The position numbers and the translations under genes were made by a program. Shown in pieces: positions 61,877 to 64,000 of a stretch of DNA of 64,000 bases. Origin of the DNA: Amoebidium appalachense (taxonomy: Eukaryota; Protista; Ichthyosporea); the NCBI GenBank assembly GCA_963693365.1, contig CAVNZM010000011.1, positions 6,529,921 to 6,593,920 of the forward strand. The letters run 5' to 3'. The first letter of the stretch is position 1; each line of letters begins with the position of its first letter. The notes beneath the pieces are model-generated. The model saw only the letters and a list, made by a program, of their open reading frames with translations. It was not told where the DNA came from and did not search any database.

Positions 61877-62303
61877 CTACATCGGTGGTTTCTGTTCATA
61901 GTATAGTAGTGTTGCAATAGTGATGCTTGCGCATGTGCAGTTTTCAACATTGAATGCGTCTAAACGGCCAGGTCAGGGGTTGGATGGGGTGATGTCGCAG
62001 GCCACATTCCACATAGCAGGTCAAAGACCTGTGTTTTTTTTCTGTTCTGTTCTTTTGCTTGTTTGTTTTTGGGTGTTTTGTTTGTTTGTTTGTCTATTAT
62101 GATTTGTTCATTCACTTATTTATTTTTAATTTTTTTTTGGGGGGGGGAGGGGGGAGGAGCTTGTCAACCAGGCCTTCTTCCTTTTTTTTTTTTTTTTGGC
62201 ACATCTCATTTCGTCATCGTTGCCCCCCTACCCACTCCTCCCCTCTTTTTCCCCCTCACCATACGCTGGTATGACGTGTGTGTGTGTGTGTGTGTGTGTG
62301 TTT

Positions 62304-62345
<42 letters not shown>

Positions 62346-64000
62346 GGGGAAGCTCGAGGGGGAGGGGGAGAGGGCAAATGTTCAGGCAGTTTTCGTGCCA
62401 GTTGTTAAGTAGTTTTCCTCTTAATCTTGAGATTACATAGCTGGGAAGAGCAGGTGCTACAGAAGAGTGAGAGGATGGGGGGGGGGGGGGGGGGAGGGGG
62501 GAGGGTGAGGGGGGGGAGGGGAGGGGGGGGAGGGGAGGGGGGGGGGGGGGGGGGGGGGGGGGGTGGCATGTCTTCCGGTTCGTCCAGATCCATCTTCTAC
62601 ATGATCTTGCGGTGACACTGACGCGACCAAAAAAGTACAGATCCAATAGTATGAAAATATAAGAAATAAAAGGAATAGTGGTTGAAAAGCTCCCGCTGGC
62701 CACTAATTTCGGACCAGGTCACCGCTTTTCGTTGCTGGAGATTCCTTTCCCCGTCCCCCTCTCGCCCTGCCCTTGAACTCCCCATCAGGCCGCCCCCCCC
62801 CCCCCTTTCCCCCCTCCTTCTTCCCCCCGCCCCCACCCCCCTCCCCCCCTTTCCTTCTTCCCTCCCTTATCGATCCCTCCCTCTCTCGCTCCCTCCCCGC
62901 CTCCCCCCCACCCCCTCCCCCCTCCCTTCCCTCTCGGCTCCTCCGTCCCTCGAGCTCCCTCCCGGGCCTCCCTGACTGCTGAGCAGGCTGCGAAACAGAG
63001 CATCGGTGATCATGCCATCGGATAGCCCCGCCCACGATTAGTCTAAAACACAAACTCGTCATTTTAAGTTCTCAATCAACAGAAGAAGACTCAAAAAACG
63101 CGTCAAACAGTCTATTTTTTAGACTATCAATGAGCCCAATCTCAGGCTCAGCCCATATGATCTGGATTCAAAAAACCGTCACATCAAACATTCCATCGTG
63201 ACATGAATTCAATAAAAACCCACTTATAGCGACACACTAACTACGGCGCATTACTTTAAACCAATAGGAGAGTCATATGCTTCGCGCTAATTAGTTTACC
63301 AGGGCTACTATGTAGGCGTGATGGAAACATATATATATGACCGTTTTGGTTTTGTTACGGGCGAGGTCACGCACGCAAACTTTCAAAAACAGTGAAAGCA
63401 GTTGAGAAACACAATTACAGAGTGAAAGTGGTAGAACTAAGTTCATTTGTGCCTTGTAGGGAGGAAAACGAGCTCAGTAGAGCATCTATTAGCTAATGGG
63501 TAGCAACCTCGCTGGATCTTTTTTTGTAGCATTTTTCGCCTTTGTGAGAGCCACATAACGTGTGTTCACTCCCATCGGAAATCGTTCCCTGGTTGACCCA
63601 CACGTGTAAGTGAAGAGCTATCTTGCGGCAATTGTTAATACATATGTATATGTTGGTTGCATAACCTTTTCCTGGCGAAAACGGTAGTCGCGTTTGTGTG
63701 AAAGGAACGGCTGCATTTTGTGGAGCAGCTCCCTAGCCTTGTTGTCATCCCAGACACCACTCCAGGGTGACCTACCGTTTTTTTGCTTGGGCTTTTCCAA
63801 GCAAGGCAGAAGCGCAAAAACAGCCCAAACTATCACCCTCAGAACTATTTTCCATAAATCCGAAAATGGAAACGTAAACATTACTAGCGTTGTCGTCCCC
63901 ATTGCTTTTCGTTGTTAGAAGGACCACCATTACGTGGTGCACAATAGCGAAGTTCCGAAGCTCGAGTTTATGTGTCGTCTATGAAGAAACTTGAAAATGA

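Noticed and set aside
62405-63918. Short ORFs at the window end (MDLDEPEDM..., ...WSGVWDDNKARELL...)
   Set aside because: No recognisable domain, and no consistent exon chain could be built.

Overview
Eukaryotic genomic DNA, probably from a unicellular eukaryote and plausibly a holozoan (inference; the species cannot be read from the sequence). Introns and intergenic DNA are packed with (CA)n/(GT)n, (CT)n and long poly-C/poly-G tracts, so most ORFs in the supplied track are artefacts. Genes I could assemble by hand: a 2-exon membrane-anchored LURP-one/Tubby-C-like gene, a 7-exon PGAP3/PER1, an intronless MFS transporter, a head-to-head near-identical pair of secreted cysteine-rich precursor genes, a 16-17-exon cereblon (CRBN) ortholog with a long acidic/RG-rich N-terminal extension, an intronless GPR1/FUN34/YaaH (SatP/Ady2-type) transporter and a frameshifted beta-propeller pseudogene. 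Mobile DNA includes a complete 4,058-bp hAT transposon (14-bp TIRs, 8-bp TSD, CGGBP1-like zinc finger, one in-frame amber stop), several MITE/fold-back elements and a Helitron-like 3' end. The most interesting unexplained signals are: (1) the inverted pair of precursors, each with two 6-Cys domains separated by an RARR site; (2) a hairpin-forming ~260-nt element found in sense orientation in introns of three unrelated genes, with an invariant 16-mer; (3) splice sites that directly abut microsatellites instead of polypyrimidine tracts.
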